Shown here in pieces: positions 1-7,370 of a DNA stretch of 8,390 nt. Under the pieces are notes generated by a model that was not told where the DNA came from, searched no databases, and saw nothing but the letters and a program-made list of their open reading frames with translations. The translations under genes were made by a program, and so were the position numbers. How positions within the stretch are numbered: the stretch's first letter is position 1; the number at the start of each line of letters is the position of its first letter. Source of the DNA: an uncultured Muribaculaceae bacterium (GTDB taxonomy: Bacteria > Bacillota_I > Bacilli_A > RF39 > UBA660); the NCBI GenBank assembly GCA_964443805.1, contig CAYUEQ010000042.1, positions 1 through 8,390 of the forward strand, in the 5' to 3' direction.

Positions 1-31
1 TAAAAACTTCTTTTATTATTATATTAAAGTT

Positions 32-40
32 TGTTATAAT
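32..40 (+). promoter_or_regulatory. Possible extended -10 promoter element (TGtTATAAT) upstream of the LtaS-family gene
   Basis: TGTTATAAT at 32-40, 24 nt upstream of the ATG at 65. No convincing -35, and the window edge limits context. Confidence 0.3.
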
Positions 41-64
41 AATAACAATAAGAAGGGATTTATA

Positions 65-2083
65 ATGAAAATAAAAATTAAAACATTATATCAAAATATC
101 GTTAAACAAATGATTTCTTTTGTAAGTACAAATAGATTATTTATTTTTTTTGTAATTTCTTCTCTTATTAGTTGTATGTTTTTAAGAGAATATACTATTG
201 GAAATCCATTTGATATAAAACCTTTTATAGTTGATTTAGCTATGATTCTTATAATAGGATCGTTTGGTTATTTAATTAAAGGGAAGAATCAATTTTATTA
301 TTTTTTTAGTTGGTCTATTGTAATAGCATTATTAAATATAATTAATTCAGTTTATTTTGTTTTTTATCAATCATTTACATCTTTTGGTTTATTAGAAACA
401 GTTGGTCAATTAAATACAGTTGGTGGATCAGTAGCAGAGAAATTGGAAACCATTCAATTTATTTATCTGTTGGCACCATTTTTACTTTATTATTTAAATT
501 ATAGTTTAAGTAAATGGAATTATTATAATCTACTTGAAAAGGTAGAAAAAGGAAAGAGAATGTTTGTATCAACTATATTAGTAGCATCTGTTTTAGTTGC
601 TATAACACTAGTTACAATGAAACCTCAAGACTATAGTCGTTTGACTAAACAGTGGGATAGATATTATTTAGTAGAACGTTTTGGTATTATTATGTATCAA
701 TTAAATGATTTAGTCCAAACAGTAACTCCTAGATTTAATTCTTTATTTGGTTATGAAGAAGCTGCAGAAGAATACAGAGTATTCTTTGAAGAAAAAGATC
801 AAGAAATAATAAAAAACAATAAATATACAAATAAATTTAAAGGCTATAATATTATTTTTGTTCATATGGAAAGTATTCAAACCTTTTTACTTGATTTAAG
901 TTTTAATGAAAAAGAAGTAATGCCTAATCTAAATAATATTATAGATAATGGGGTGTTTTTTAATAACTTCCATTCTCAAATAAGTATAGGTACCAGTTCA
1001 GACACTGAATTCACTTTATTAACATCCCTAATGCCTGCTCAATCAGGAACAGTCTTTGTTACTTATAGTGATCGTGAATACGTATCTATTCCTTCTTTAT
1101 TAACAGACAAAGGATACTATACATTTAGTACTCATGGTAATAAAGCAAATATGTGGAATAGAAATAATATGCATTATAACTTAGGTTACCAAGATATGTA
1201 CTTTGAACCAGAATTTGAATTAGATGAAGTAGTTAATTTAGGAATAACTGATAAGTCTTATTTTAGACAGTTAGTTCCTAAACTAGAAAAAATAGAAGAA
1301 GAACATGATTCATATATGGGAACTATTATTACATTATCAAATCATTCACCATTTTATAAAGGTGCTGAATTAACAGACTATGATTTAACTTATACAATAA
1401 CTTCAGATGAATTAGGAATGCCATTAGAAGAACCGATTATAAATCCATATTTAGAAGATACTAAATTAGGAGAATATATTAAAAGTTCTCACTATGCAGA
1501 TGAGGCATTAGGAGAATTTATAGAGATGATTAAAAATTCTGATAAGTTTGATAAAACACTATTTGTATTCTATGGAGATCATGATGCGAAGCTATCTCGT
1601 TCTGAATATAGACATTTTTATAACTATGATCCACAGACAAAGACATCAAAACATAAAGATGATATAGACTACGTTAATTACGACTACTATGCTCATGAAC
1701 TTAACAGAAGTGTACCTTTAGTCCTATGGACTAAGAACTCTTCTATAAAGGGTGAATTTAGCTATCCTATGGGTATGATAGATATAATGCCTACTATAGG
1801 TAATATGATAGATATAAGAAATAGATATAGTTTAGGAAATGATATATTTAATGTTAAAAATGATAATATAGTTGTATTCCCAAATGGAAACTTTCTAACT
1901 AGTAAAGTTTACTATAATAATTCTAAAGAAGAATATATTCCATTTACAACTGAACCAATAGATAAAAACTATATAACAAACATAAAAGAATATACAGATA
2001 AAAGATTAAAAATATCTAATGACATTATTGTTCATGATTTAATTAGAAAAGAAAGAGAAATATTAGAAGGAGTTATAAATTAA
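65..2083 (+). CDS. ltaS: LTA synthase family protein (polytopic N-terminus plus extracellular sulfatase/alkaline-phosphatase-superfamily domain)
   Basis: 672-aa uninterrupted ORF. The first ~190 aa form several hydrophobic segments. Then come LtaS/sulfatase-type motifs: FVHMESIQTF, GTSSDTEFTLLTSLMP (Thr nucleophile context), STHGN and FYGDHD (metal-binding). An AAGGGA Shine-Dalgarno-like sequence precedes the ATG. Confidence 0.88.
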   Translation: MKIKIKTLYQNIVKQMISFVSTNRLFIFFVISSLISCMFLREYTIGNPFDIKPFIVDLAMILIIGSFGYLIKGKNQFYYFFSWSIVIALLNIINSVYFVFYQSFTSFGLLETVGQLNTVGGSVAEKLETIQFIYLLAPFLLYYLNYSLSKWNYYNLLEKVEKGKRMFVSTILVASVLVAITLVTMKPQDYSRLTKQWDRYYLVERFGIIMYQLNDLVQTVTPRFNSLFGYEEAAEEYRVFFEEKDQEIIKNNKYTNKFKGYNIIFVHMESIQTFLLDLSFNEKEVMPNLNNIIDNGVFFNNFHSQISIGTSSDTEFTLLTSLMPAQSGTVFVTYSDREYVSIPSLLTDKGYYTFSTHGNKANMWNRNNMHYNLGYQDMYFEPEFELDEVVNLGITDKSYFRQLVPKLEKIEEEHDSYMGTIITLSNHSPFYKGAELTDYDLTYTITSDELGMPLEEPIINPYLEDTKLGEYIKSSHYADEALGEFIEMIKNSDKFDKTLFVFYGDHDAKLSRSEYRHFYNYDPQTKTSKHKDDIDYVNYDYYAHELNRSVPLVLWTKNSSIKGEFSYPMGMIDIMPTIGNMIDIRNRYSLGNDIFNVKNDNIVVFPNGNFLTSKVYYNNSKEEYIPFTTEPIDKNYITNIKEYTDKRLKISNDIIVHDLIRKEREILEGVIN

Positions 2084-2706
2084 TGAAAAAGAAACAAAAA
2101 ATAATAATTATTATAAGTATAACTTTAGTTTTGCTCGCAGTAACTTTAACAAGTTATCTAGTTTTAAAACCAAAAAAAGAAGATAAAGTAAAAACAATAA
2201 AAGTATTAGATAGCATTGAAGGATATGATTATAAATTAGAAGATAGAGATGGTATCTTATATCAAGACATATTCATGTTATTAAAATCATGTTTAGAAAA
2301 AGATGAAGTAGACTTTAGTGAATATGCTCAACTTATATCACAATTATTTATAATTGATTTATATACTATAGATAATAAAATAAATAAATATGATGTTGGT
2401 AGTGTAGATTTTATTCATCCAGAAGTAATTGATAATTACTCATTAAATGTTAGAGATACTCTTTATAGATATTTAGAGGACAATACAAACGATAAGAGAA
2501 CACAAACATTACCAGAAGTGACTGATATCGATATAACCAATACAGAAGAAATTGAGTATGATTACAACGATAAAACATATCCAGCTTTTGAAATAGATCT
2601 AGAATGGTCTTATAAGAAAGATTTAGGTTATGATAAAGATGGAACTGTTATAGTAGTTAAACAAAATGAAATGTTATACATAATTGAAAAAAAAGATGTT
2701 AAGTAA
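2083..2706 (+). CDS. Hypothetical membrane-anchored protein (single N-terminal TM, acidic extracytoplasmic region), translationally coupled to the LtaS-family gene
   Basis: 207-aa ORF. Its ATG overlaps the upstream stop (TAATG at 2081-2085). AAGGAG at 2067-2072 lies 10 nt upstream. The N-terminus KKKQKIIIIISITLVLLAVTLTSYLVL looks like a signal anchor. I recognise no catalytic motif. Confidence 0.72.
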   Translation: MKKKQKIIIIISITLVLLAVTLTSYLVLKPKKEDKVKTIKVLDSIEGYDYKLEDRDGILYQDIFMLLKSCLEKDEVDFSEYAQLISQLFIIDLYTIDNKINKYDVGSVDFIHPEVIDNYSLNVRDTLYRYLEDNTNDKRTQTLPEVTDIDITNTEEIEYDYNDKTYPAFEIDLEWSYKKDLGYDKDGTVIVVKQNEMLYIIEKKDVK

Positions 2707-2744
2707 TAAAGATTAATTAATAAAAATAAAGCTTTTAATAAATT

Positions 2745-2779
2745 AGTTGTTGGAGTATAATACTCTAACAACTGGTTTA
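2745..2779 (+). terminator. Stem-loop downstream of the 207-aa ORF (weak intrinsic terminator; may overlap the tRNA promoter)
   Basis: AGTTGTTGGAGTA (2745-2757) pairs with TACTCTAACAACT (2761-2773): 13 bp including one G-U, loop TAA, followed only by GGTTTAT. A TATAAT hexamer at 2756-2761 lies inside the stem apex and could instead be the -10 for the tRNA. Confidence 0.45.
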
Positions 2780-2788
2780 TACATACAT

Positions 2789-2864
2789 GTCTCCGTAGCT
2801 CAGTCGGTAGAGCAACTGACTCTTAATCAGTGGGTCCACGGTTCAAGCCCGTGCGGGGACACCA
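2789..2864 (+). tRNA. tRNA-Lys (anticodon CTT), CCA encoded
   Basis: 76-nt cloverleaf read by hand. Acceptor GTCTCCG/CGGGGAC (one G-U). D arm GCTC-AGTCGGTA-GAGC. Anticodon stem ACTGA/TCAGT with loop CTCTTAA (anticodon CTT). Variable loop GGGTC. T arm CACGG-TTCAAGC-CCGTG. Discriminator A then CCA. Confidence 0.93.
2819..2864 (+). repeat. attL-like copy: 3' 46 nt of tRNA-Lys, repeated at 6311-6356
   Basis: ACTCTTAATCAGTGGGTCCACGGTTCAAGCCCGTG (2819-2853) is identical to 6311-6345. The next 11 nt, CGGGGACACCA versus TGAGGATACCA, match at 8 of 11 positions. Confidence 0.85.
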
Positions 2865-2878
2865 AGTTGATATTTAAG

Positions 2879-2908
2879 AGATGATTTATAATAAATTATC
2901 TTTTTTTT
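2879..2908 (+). terminator. Rho-independent terminator after tRNA-Lys
   Basis: AGATGATTTA (2879-2888) pairs with TAAATTATCT (2892-2901): 10 bp with one G-U, loop TAA, followed by a T7 run (2902-2908). Confidence 0.7.
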
Positions 2909-2919
2909 GTATCGAAATA

Positions 2920-2948
2920 TAGCAGTTTTTGGAAATTGATGATATAAT
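2920..2948 (+). promoter_or_regulatory. Candidate promoter of the PHP-ATPase operon (extended -10 TGATATAAT)
   Basis: TGATATAAT at 2940-2948. There is a weak -35-position hexamer TAGCAG at 2920-2925 (17-nt spacer). It lies 65 nt upstream of the ATG at 3013. Confidence 0.4.
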
Positions 2949-2962
2949 TAAGACAGATTGAG

Positions 2963-2994
2963 CAGTATTAAATCTTATTTTAATGCTGTTTTTT
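2963..2994 (+). terminator. Terminator-like hairpin plus T-tract in the 5' leader of the PHP-ATPase gene (possible attenuator)
   Basis: CAGTATTAAA (2963-2972) pairs with TTTAATGCTG (2979-2988): 10 bp with one G-U, 6-nt loop TCTTAT, then TTTTTT (2989-2994). It sits between the candidate -10 and the GGAGG RBS at 3001-3005. Confidence 0.45.
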
Positions 2995-3012
2995 ATAATA
3001 GGAGGTTTTTAA

Positions 3013-5508
3013 ATGAATAATGATAAAAATGATATTAATAATGTTTTGAAAAAAATATCTATTTGGAATAAATGGGATTTACACATACATACCCCAGTGA
3101 CAAATAATATGGTACAAAATGATTATAAAAATCCTAATTTGTTTTCCCCATCAGAATTTGTAACTAAAATGTATGCTAACGATATTAAGCTTGGCGTTAT
3201 CACTGACCACAATGTATTTGATTCGAATCAATTTAAACTTTTAATAACGGAAATTGAAGAAAGAAATAGAAAAGAAAATAAATTTCTTACATTATTGCCT
3301 GGAGTAGAATTAAACGTGAGTTTTCCCAATGAACAAGAGGATTCAATCCATTTTATACTTATATTTGATGATAAGGAAGATTTAAATAAAATTGAAAAAG
3401 CGATTGAAGATTTAAACTCTAAGTCAGGTTTTACAAAAAACAATCCAAAAGATGCAAGTATAGAACAAATAACCGAAGCTTTTTGTAAATTTAATTATAT
3501 AGTTAGTATACATTTAGGCAAATCATCAAACAGTCCAAAAGATGATAATTACGAGGAATTTTTAAAATTATATGTAGGAGGTTACATTGATGTATGTGAA
3601 AATAATCCTGGTAACAAAATTAAAAATAAGGTCTATTTAGAAAATAAAGTTCAAGAATTAACTGGCGACAGAAAAGACTCTCTATTTATAGTAGGAAGTG
3701 ATAATCACGATATAAGTAATTATCCAATGTGCGAAAATAATCCTACCCCACCTAAAATCACTTTTTATAAAGCGATTCCATCTTTTGAAGGTTTAAAAAT
3801 GGTTATTACAGAATATTCCAGAATATATAACAGTGATAGTAATTCATTACCAGATTATATAAATTCAACTAACGATATCACTAAAATTGAAGCTTTAAGA
3901 ATAGAAGGAACTGGATTCAATAATACTGATATATATTTTGGTAGAGAATTAAATTCGATTATAGGAGCTCGAACAAGTGGTAAAAGTTTGTTAATTAACA
4001 TATTAAAATATGCTTTATCAAATGCCTATGATGAGAGTAAATATGAAAACTATATATCAAATCTAAGAGTTAAAATTAAAACATTTGACGATAAAATTTT
4101 TAAAGACAATAGCTCTGTTCAAATAGAAGTTTTTGACCAAAATAGATTAATGGAAGAATTTGATAAATCAAAAAATAAAACAGATTTTTTTAAGGATACC
4201 TATATTTCTAAGACATTCGATGATTTGACAATACAGCAAAAGATTATTAAAGATTCGTTTGAAACTGAGATATCACAAGAGACAGATTTTTTAAACAAAC
4301 TGGAGCAATTAAAAATTTCCATTGATTCATTTAAACTTCCCAATGTTTATTTAAAAAGCTATATAAATTTGGGTAAAAATACCGATGATATGTCAAAGTT
4401 TTATTTAAAAGTTATTGAAACAAAGAAATTCGAAAATATTTTAACCAATTATGAAGAAAAAGAAATTTATTTAAAGACTTCCATTGATTCACTAAACACT
4501 ATAATTGAAAATGATAAATATGAATTTATAAGTAATGAAACTTCGCTTATATTAAAAAAATTGATAGAAGAATTTGAAGAAAAATTAGAAAATGTAGAAA
4601 AAAAATTGAAGAGTATAAAAGCGATTAAATTACTTAATATAACTCAATACAAACCATTTGAAGTGGATGAAAAATTCTACGATTCTCATAAAAGTTTTCT
4701 AAAAAATGTTGGTTCGATTGCTAAAATTAGAGCTAAATTAAAAAAAATCGAAAATTCTTCAACATTGTTTAAGAATAGAAAATTTAAAGTGAATAATGAA
4801 GAAAAATATGAAAAAACTAAATTAGTGCAAGAATTTACTTTTATTTGTTCCATAGATTATGATGTTAATTTTTTAACTAAAGATGCTGACCCAAAACATA
4901 TTGTAGAAAAATGTTTCTATGCCGATGATATAAAGGACGGTTGGATAGATTTAGTAAAAAAAGTATTCTTGAAAAAACTAAAAACTGAAAGTTTATTTAA
5001 AAATAGTAATACTGTGGATTCTATAGTTCAAGAAATATTAAAAGAGATACCTAAACCATATAAAACCATTGTTGATTCTAAAGGTATAGACATCAACAAC
5101 ACCTCTCCAGGTAATAGAGCATCCATACTAATAACAGTAATTTTAGAAAATCAAGAAAATAAAATATTGATTATAGACCAACCAGAAGATAATTTAGATA
5201 GTAAGTTTATCTATAATGAAATTGTCTCGAGACTTAAAACCTTAAAAACCACAAGACAAATATTTTTGGTTACTCATAATGCTAATATTGTAGTTAATTC
5301 TGATAGTGAAAATGTAATTTGTTGTAAAAATATTAATAATAAGATATCTTATGAGTATGGTGCTATTGAGTATTCAAAAAAAATATTTGAAAATTATAAT
5401 ATGAAAGAATTTATTTTGGATAATTTGGAAGGAACCGAAAAAGCATTTAAGACAAGAAGTGAGAAATACTTTTTGAAAGGAGTTGAATTAAATGATAATC
5501 ACAATTGA
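3013..5508 (+). CDS. PHP-domain phosphoesterase fused to a split ABC/SMC-like ATPase with a long coiled-coil-like insert (candidate single-protein defence nuclease-ATPase)
   Basis: 831-aa ORF; GGAGG lies 7 nt before the ATG. PHP motifs: DLHIHT (H24, H26; nt 3082-3090), ITDHN (D65-H66), PGVELN, IHFI, SIHLG, GSDNHD (D230, H232). ATPase motifs: Walker A GARTSGKS (aa 318-325, nt 3964-3987), signature-like TSPGNRAS (aa 697-704), Walker B ILIIDQPEDNLD (aa 718-729, nt 5164-5199), H-loop LVTHNAN (H755). Between Walker A and the signature motif lie ~370 aa of K/E/I/L/N-rich, heptad-like sequence. Confidence 0.88.
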   Translation: MNNDKNDINNVLKKISIWNKWDLHIHTPVTNNMVQNDYKNPNLFSPSEFVTKMYANDIKLGVITDHNVFDSNQFKLLITEIEERNRKENKFLTLLPGVELNVSFPNEQEDSIHFILIFDDKEDLNKIEKAIEDLNSKSGFTKNNPKDASIEQITEAFCKFNYIVSIHLGKSSNSPKDDNYEEFLKLYVGGYIDVCENNPGNKIKNKVYLENKVQELTGDRKDSLFIVGSDNHDISNYPMCENNPTPPKITFYKAIPSFEGLKMVITEYSRIYNSDSNSLPDYINSTNDITKIEALRIEGTGFNNTDIYFGRELNSIIGARTSGKSLLINILKYALSNAYDESKYENYISNLRVKIKTFDDKIFKDNSSVQIEVFDQNRLMEEFDKSKNKTDFFKDTYISKTFDDLTIQQKIIKDSFETEISQETDFLNKLEQLKISIDSFKLPNVYLKSYINLGKNTDDMSKFYLKVIETKKFENILTNYEEKEIYLKTSIDSLNTIIENDKYEFISNETSLILKKLIEEFEEKLENVEKKLKSIKAIKLLNITQYKPFEVDEKFYDSHKSFLKNVGSIAKIRAKLKKIENSSTLFKNRKFKVNNEEKYEKTKLVQEFTFICSIDYDVNFLTKDADPKHIVEKCFYADDIKDGWIDLVKKVFLKKLKTESLFKNSNTVDSIVQEILKEIPKPYKTIVDSKGIDINNTSPGNRASILITVILENQENKILIIDQPEDNLDSKFIYNEIVSRLKTLKTTRQIFLVTHNANIVVNSDSENVICCKNINNKISYEYGAIEYSKKIFENYNMKEFILDNLEGTEKAFKTRSEKYFLKGVELNDNHN

Positions 5509-5737
5509 CAATAATAAAATTGTCATTCCCAACTACGGAGAATTTAATGAAGATGGTAGCGACTTTACAGATAAAAAACTTTTAGAAATACTTGATAAAA
5601 TAAAAAATAAGGAAACAATTACAGTAGACCCAAAACTAGTTGATGATGATAGAAAAAAATGCGAGTTAATTAAAGAAATCTTAGAAACTTATATAGTGAA
5701 TTATTTTGAAGATGATAGTAACGATAACGTAAAATAA
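5492..5737 (+). CDS. Small acidic hypothetical protein, translationally coupled to the PHP-ATPase gene
   Basis: 81-aa ORF. Its ATG at 5492 overlaps the last 17 nt of the upstream ORF. AAAGGAG at 5476-5482 lies 9 nt upstream. By my count about 20 of 81 residues are D/E, including the tail EDDSNDN. A terminator follows immediately. Confidence 0.62.
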   Translation: MIITIDNNKIVIPNYGEFNEDGSDFTDKKLLEILDKIKNKETITVDPKLVDDDRKKCELIKEILETYIVNYFEDDSNDNVK

Positions 5738-5769
5738 AGAAACATCAAATTTCAGATATTTCTTTTTTA
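5737..5769 (+). terminator. Rho-independent terminator of the PHP-ATPase/81-aa operon
   Basis: AAAGAAACATC (5737-5747) pairs with GATATTTCTTT (5756-5766) with one C/A mismatch, loop AAATTTCA. The 3' arm runs into a T-tract ending at 5769. Confidence 0.6.
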
Positions 5770-5960
5770 TTAAATATATTGGTAACTTTCTTATTCATTT
5801 ATGATTTATGTAAAAAAAAATTAAGTCTATAGTTGAGCAATAACTTGTCTTAAATGTTTACTAATGATTGATGATTATCAAACTATTATATTTGTTTTAA
5901 TAATATATGATGTGATAAGATATAATATATATATTTTAAAATGAAAGGAGGAACGCTTGT

Positions 5961-6161
5961 ATGGGTCAAGCTAAAAGACAATTAGCGGAACAGGAGCAAA
6001 AGCGAATCAATAAATTAGAAGGTTATAGAAAACATCTTCATAATGAAAGCACATATGTTATGGACTGCCCTTATTGTTGTAATGCGCTTAGCAAATATGA
6101 TATGCAAAAAGATGATTGTCTTCATTGTGGTTATCCACTTAATTTCAGCGATGAAGACTAA
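5961..6161 (+). CDS. Small zinc-ribbon protein (CxxC...CxxC), function unknown
   Basis: 66-aa ORF. AAAGGAGGA at 5944-5952 lies 8 nt before the ATG. It has a basic, helical-looking N-terminus (QAKRQLAEQEQKRINKLEGYRKHL), then CPYC (aa 36-39) and CLHC (aa 53-56). The ORF is visibly richer in G+C than its surroundings. Confidence 0.62.
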   Translation: MGQAKRQLAEQEQKRINKLEGYRKHLHNESTYVMDCPYCCNALSKYDMQKDDCLHCGYPLNFSDED

Positions 6162-6310
6162 ATCACATTCTTATACAGACAGAAGAACCATTCTGTGTGA
6201 TGGACGATAGTAGAGTTGTACAAGGAGGCATGATTATGAAGAGTAAGTTAAGACAAGAAGATTATAAACAATTATAGTAAAATAATAAGTAGTAATATTT
6301 GCTTGTAAAC

Positions 6311-6356
6311 ACTCTTAATCAGTGGGTCCACGGTTCAAGCCCGTGTGAGGATACCA
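6311..6356 (+). repeat. attR-like partial tRNA-Lys copy (3' 46 nt; anticodon loop through CCA; non-functional fragment)
   Basis: Matches 2819-2864 (35 nt identical, then 8 of 11). It lacks the 5' acceptor strand, the D arm and the 5' anticodon stem, and its acceptor 3' strand is mutated (TGAGGAT versus CGGGGAC). Confidence 0.85.
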
Positions 6357-6367
6357 ATTATTTGATT

Positions 6368-7354
6368 TTAGAAGTTATTACTTAGAACTTTTTTATTTAT
6401 TGACCTAATTTTATTATTTTTAAGTTTATCTTTAATTTTTTTTTGTATACATTTATATTTACTTTCGTCAAATATTTGAGCAGTAAATATTAATCCTAAT
6501 AAACTTTGTAATTCTTTTTCATTATAGTCTTCTTGTTTTAATTTTTTTGCTATCTTGTATTTAATTTTATTGGGTATAACTAATTTTTTGTTTTTTGATA
6601 TTATACATCCAGTTATTTTCTTAAAGTCGTTCGTATAATAACTTTTTGTTTTACTCATATTTATGATATGGCAATGTCTTATTACTACACTATTTATTTG
6701 TGATATTAAAAACTTTGGTATAGGAATATCACTTGATATTGTAATATCATCAACATATATTGATATTATACAATTATTATTTTTAGCAAGAAGTTCTATT
6801 TCTTCAAACATATCTATATTTGCTAAATATGACATTATGCTACTTATAGGTGAGCCTGTAGGTAAATGGTTTAATGATTTTATATTCATATCTGTAATAA
6901 AATCATTAATTTCATTAGTTGTTATTTGCTTTAATGAAACAGTAGATAAGTCTGTTAATATTTTAGCAATATCAGAATTAACTTTTAACTTTTGTTTATA
7001 AAAGTTATAAATCATTTCTCTATGAGTATTTGGAAAAAATTTTGACATATCTATTTTTAAAAAATATTTAGAATTTATATGATATAGAGCATTATCAATA
7101 TATGATTTTCCAGGTACACCAGAAAACACATTATCCTGATAATCTAATTCACAAAGATAGTTTTTTATTTTTCTTTGAATTAATTTGATATCAACATTTG
7201 GGTTTTCTATCAACCTTTTTTTTCTATTTTTTTTATCTATAAATGGTCTGTATTTTACATTGTAACTATTAAAATTTTTGACATTATAATTTAGCAAGGT
7301 CTTTAAATCCCTTTTTCTTTTGACATTATAAAGTCTACATTTCTCATATTTCAT
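6368..7354 (-). CDS. Retron-type reverse transcriptase
   Basis: 328-aa ORF; GAGGT lies 7 nt before the ATG. RT motifs in order: RLIENPNVDIKLIQRKI (motifs 1/2), retron-typical NALYH (NAxxH, nt 7079-7093), FLKIDMSKFFPN (motif A), LPTGSPISSIMSYL (motif B), IYVDDITIS (YVDD, nt 6746-6757), INMSKTK (motif D), and retron-typical KKITGCIIS (xTG, nt 6608-6616). By eye it is collinear with Ec86 RT (NATPH / LNIDLEDFF / LPQGAPSSP / YADD / KVTGLVIS). Confidence 0.88.
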   Translation of the reverse strand: MKYEKCRLYNVKRKRDLKTLLNYNVKNFNSYNVKYRPFIDKKNRKKRLIENPNVDIKLIQRKIKNYLCELDYQDNVFSGVPGKSYIDNALYHINSKYFLKIDMSKFFPNTHREMIYNFYKQKLKVNSDIAKILTDLSTVSLKQITTNEINDFITDMNIKSLNHLPTGSPISSIMSYLANIDMFEEIELLAKNNNCIISIYVDDITISSDIPIPKFLISQINSVVIRHCHIINMSKTKSYYTNDFKKITGCIISKNKKLVIPNKIKYKIAKKLKQEDYNEKELQSLLGLIFTAQIFDESKYKCIQKKIKDKLKNNKIRSINKKVLSNNF

Positions 7355-7370
7355 ATCATTACCTCACAAA

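Larger units (their letters stand above)
2865..6356. mobile_element. Integrase-less genomic islet inserted at the 3' end of tRNA-Lys, bounded by the 46-nt tRNA-derived direct repeat
   Basis: A direct repeat of the tRNA 3' half brackets ~3.45 kb of accessory-type genes (PHP-ATPase, two small ORFs). No integrase, recombinase or transposase ORF lies between the repeats or elsewhere in the window. Confidence 0.6.

Noticed and set aside
3228-3443. 71-aa minus-strand ORF from the ORF track
   Set aside because: It lies entirely antisense within the well-supported PHP-domain coding region, has no RBS, and its low-complexity composition (S/F/L/I/K) is typical of the reverse frame of AT-rich genes.
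6236-6277. 13-codon ORF with a strong RBS as a genuine micropeptide gene
   Set aside because: It is too short to support from sequence alone. It is more parsimoniously a truncated gene remnant next to the att scar, so it is reported only as context in a finding.
6663-7001. 112-aa plus-strand ORF from the ORF track
   Set aside because: It lies fully antisense inside the RT gene, spanning the motif B-YVDD region, has no RBS, and has the I/L/F/S-rich composition expected of a shadow ORF.
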